NCBI RefSeq assembly: GCF_963853765.1 | Contig: NC_088858.1 | Coordinates: forward strand, 29,760,001-29,824,000 | Reading direction: 5' to 3' | Source: Magallana gigas | Lineage: Eukaryota | Length of the DNA: 64,000 nucleotides | In this document: positions 62,857-64,000 of the stretch, piece by piece | How positions within the stretch are numbered: the first letter of the stretch is position 1 | Layout of the letters: the number at the start of each line of letters is the position of its first letter | The notes under the pieces: model-generated | What the model was told of the DNA's origin: nothing | The model's database searches: none | What the model saw: only the letters and a program-made list of their open reading frames with translations | Position numbers and translations under genes: made by a program

Positions 62857-64000
62857 TTACAGAATCCTTACAGCACTGCGATATGTCCTCGTCCCTTCGT
62901 ATTCGGCCATGACCTCCAGATTTCTCATTCTGACTTCTTCATTGAGATCCTGTCGGGTTGAAAAATGAGCCCGACTATCGCGGGCGGTGAACGAGGCCCG
63001 GGTCTTCTCCCCAATGCTGAAAGCTTTGTTCTCCCTCCCGGCAAAAGAGGCCCGGACGTGGTTATTGGACTTTCCGTAGCTTCCTTTGAAAAAAAAAGAA
63101 AAAATTATTTTTGCATATGGTCGCTATTGAAATTATTTTGGAAAAATGCACCGATACGTATTGACAATCAGATACACATATCATCAGTTTATTCTGTGAA
63201 TGGCCAATGATGACTAGTACATATAGCTTACTCCTAATTAACTGCGCTTCGTCGTCGTCCGTCTCTACAGAATGGGCGGACTGTGCAGAATCTCTAAATG
63301 CGGTTGCGACACCATTGGACTGATTGTCACGAATGATTTTGTCCAGCTGGAACACAATGTCGGCTGCTCTACTGTCGAGTGGACTTCCCCCGCCCCCGTC
63401 ATACATCCCTGTAGTGTTCATATAGGTGGTTTCGTGTGCGTTCGAGTATATCACTTCCGGGTGTTCTGCTTCTTTTTTCGGAGAAGTATTGCGAGAGCTC
63501 CCTGATTTTTGTTTGAGACTTTTATTGTGAATTTGCTCTCGCTTTGAGTTTATTTCACTGAGAAGGGAACTATATTGCACACTACTTTGCCTTGAGGCTA
63601 GTTCCTTTGAATCGTTTTCTTTGGTTTCTGTAATAATATCCGCTTGTTTGGGAATGGTATTTGATGACGTCATGGAGTCCACCTCATCAAGATGGGTGGT
63701 ATGAAATCCGTTTGGTAAGGTTCCATTGCTTATCTGGGGAGTACCTACATTTGAAAATTGGCATACGTTTAAGTAGTTAGTAAGAGTTTCGACCTTCGAC
63801 TTACTAATAGGTGGTGGTCACATGTGTCTACGATGGAAAATCAAATGAATTACCAGATTAAAATTCGAATCGTGCGACTCTATCCAGACAAATATTAAGA
63901 TACTTAGTAATCCAAAATAAACCAAACTTACTCTGATCGCTAATGGATTGAGAGGAAATATTTTCATTGGAGAAACTCATGGATATTGATGAAAGCCGGT
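62857..64000 (-). CDS. 3' part (last three coding exons) of an unidentified gene; Ser-rich, probably disordered C-terminus
   Basis: Exons >64000-63932 (RLSSISMSFSNENISSQSISDQ), 63744-63232 (513 nt) and 63083-62857 (ends ...EYEGTRTYRSAVRIL*). Both introns are phase-1 GT-AG with GTAAGT/GTAAGC donors and pyrimidine-rich acceptors. No recognisable domain. Confidence 0.8.

Overview
AT-rich, intron-containing animal genomic DNA, not prokaryotic. The repeat families resemble those I recall from Crassostrea/Magallana oysters; this taxon call is inferred, not verified. I assembled six spliced protein-coding genes by hand from exon translations and splice phases: (1) a 2-exon OHCU decarboxylase URAD (+, 5467-6465); (2) a 25-exon, 1471-aa secreted ADAMTS7/12-like metalloprotease (-, 7588-20711) with one GC-AG intron; (3) a 5-exon cyclophilin B PPIB (+, 36202-40987); (4) a VGLUT-like SLC17 transporter with 10 or 11 coding exons (+, 43223-51927); (5) a 5-exon ADP-dependent glucokinase ADPGK (+, 55338-58883); and (6) the last three exons of an unidentified minus-strand gene that runs off the window end (62857->64000). 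The introns and the ~15 kb gap between ADAMTS and PPIB are dense with non-autonomous DNA elements. These include TA-flanked MITEs, an intact hAT-type element with an 8-bp TSD, an 884-bp foldback element with a 7-bp TSD, Helentron-like satellite carriers, a Kolobok-like element, a TIR-bounded minisatellite, and several palindrome-headed elements, one with an exactly doubled GCGAAGC hairpin core. I found no CRISPR array, rRNA, intact tRNA or autonomous transposase. Most ORFs in the supplied track are exon fragments, antisense shadows or microsatellite artefacts. No clearly new biological system is demonstrable from sequence alone; the best leads are the mobile-element architectures and the divergent SLC17.
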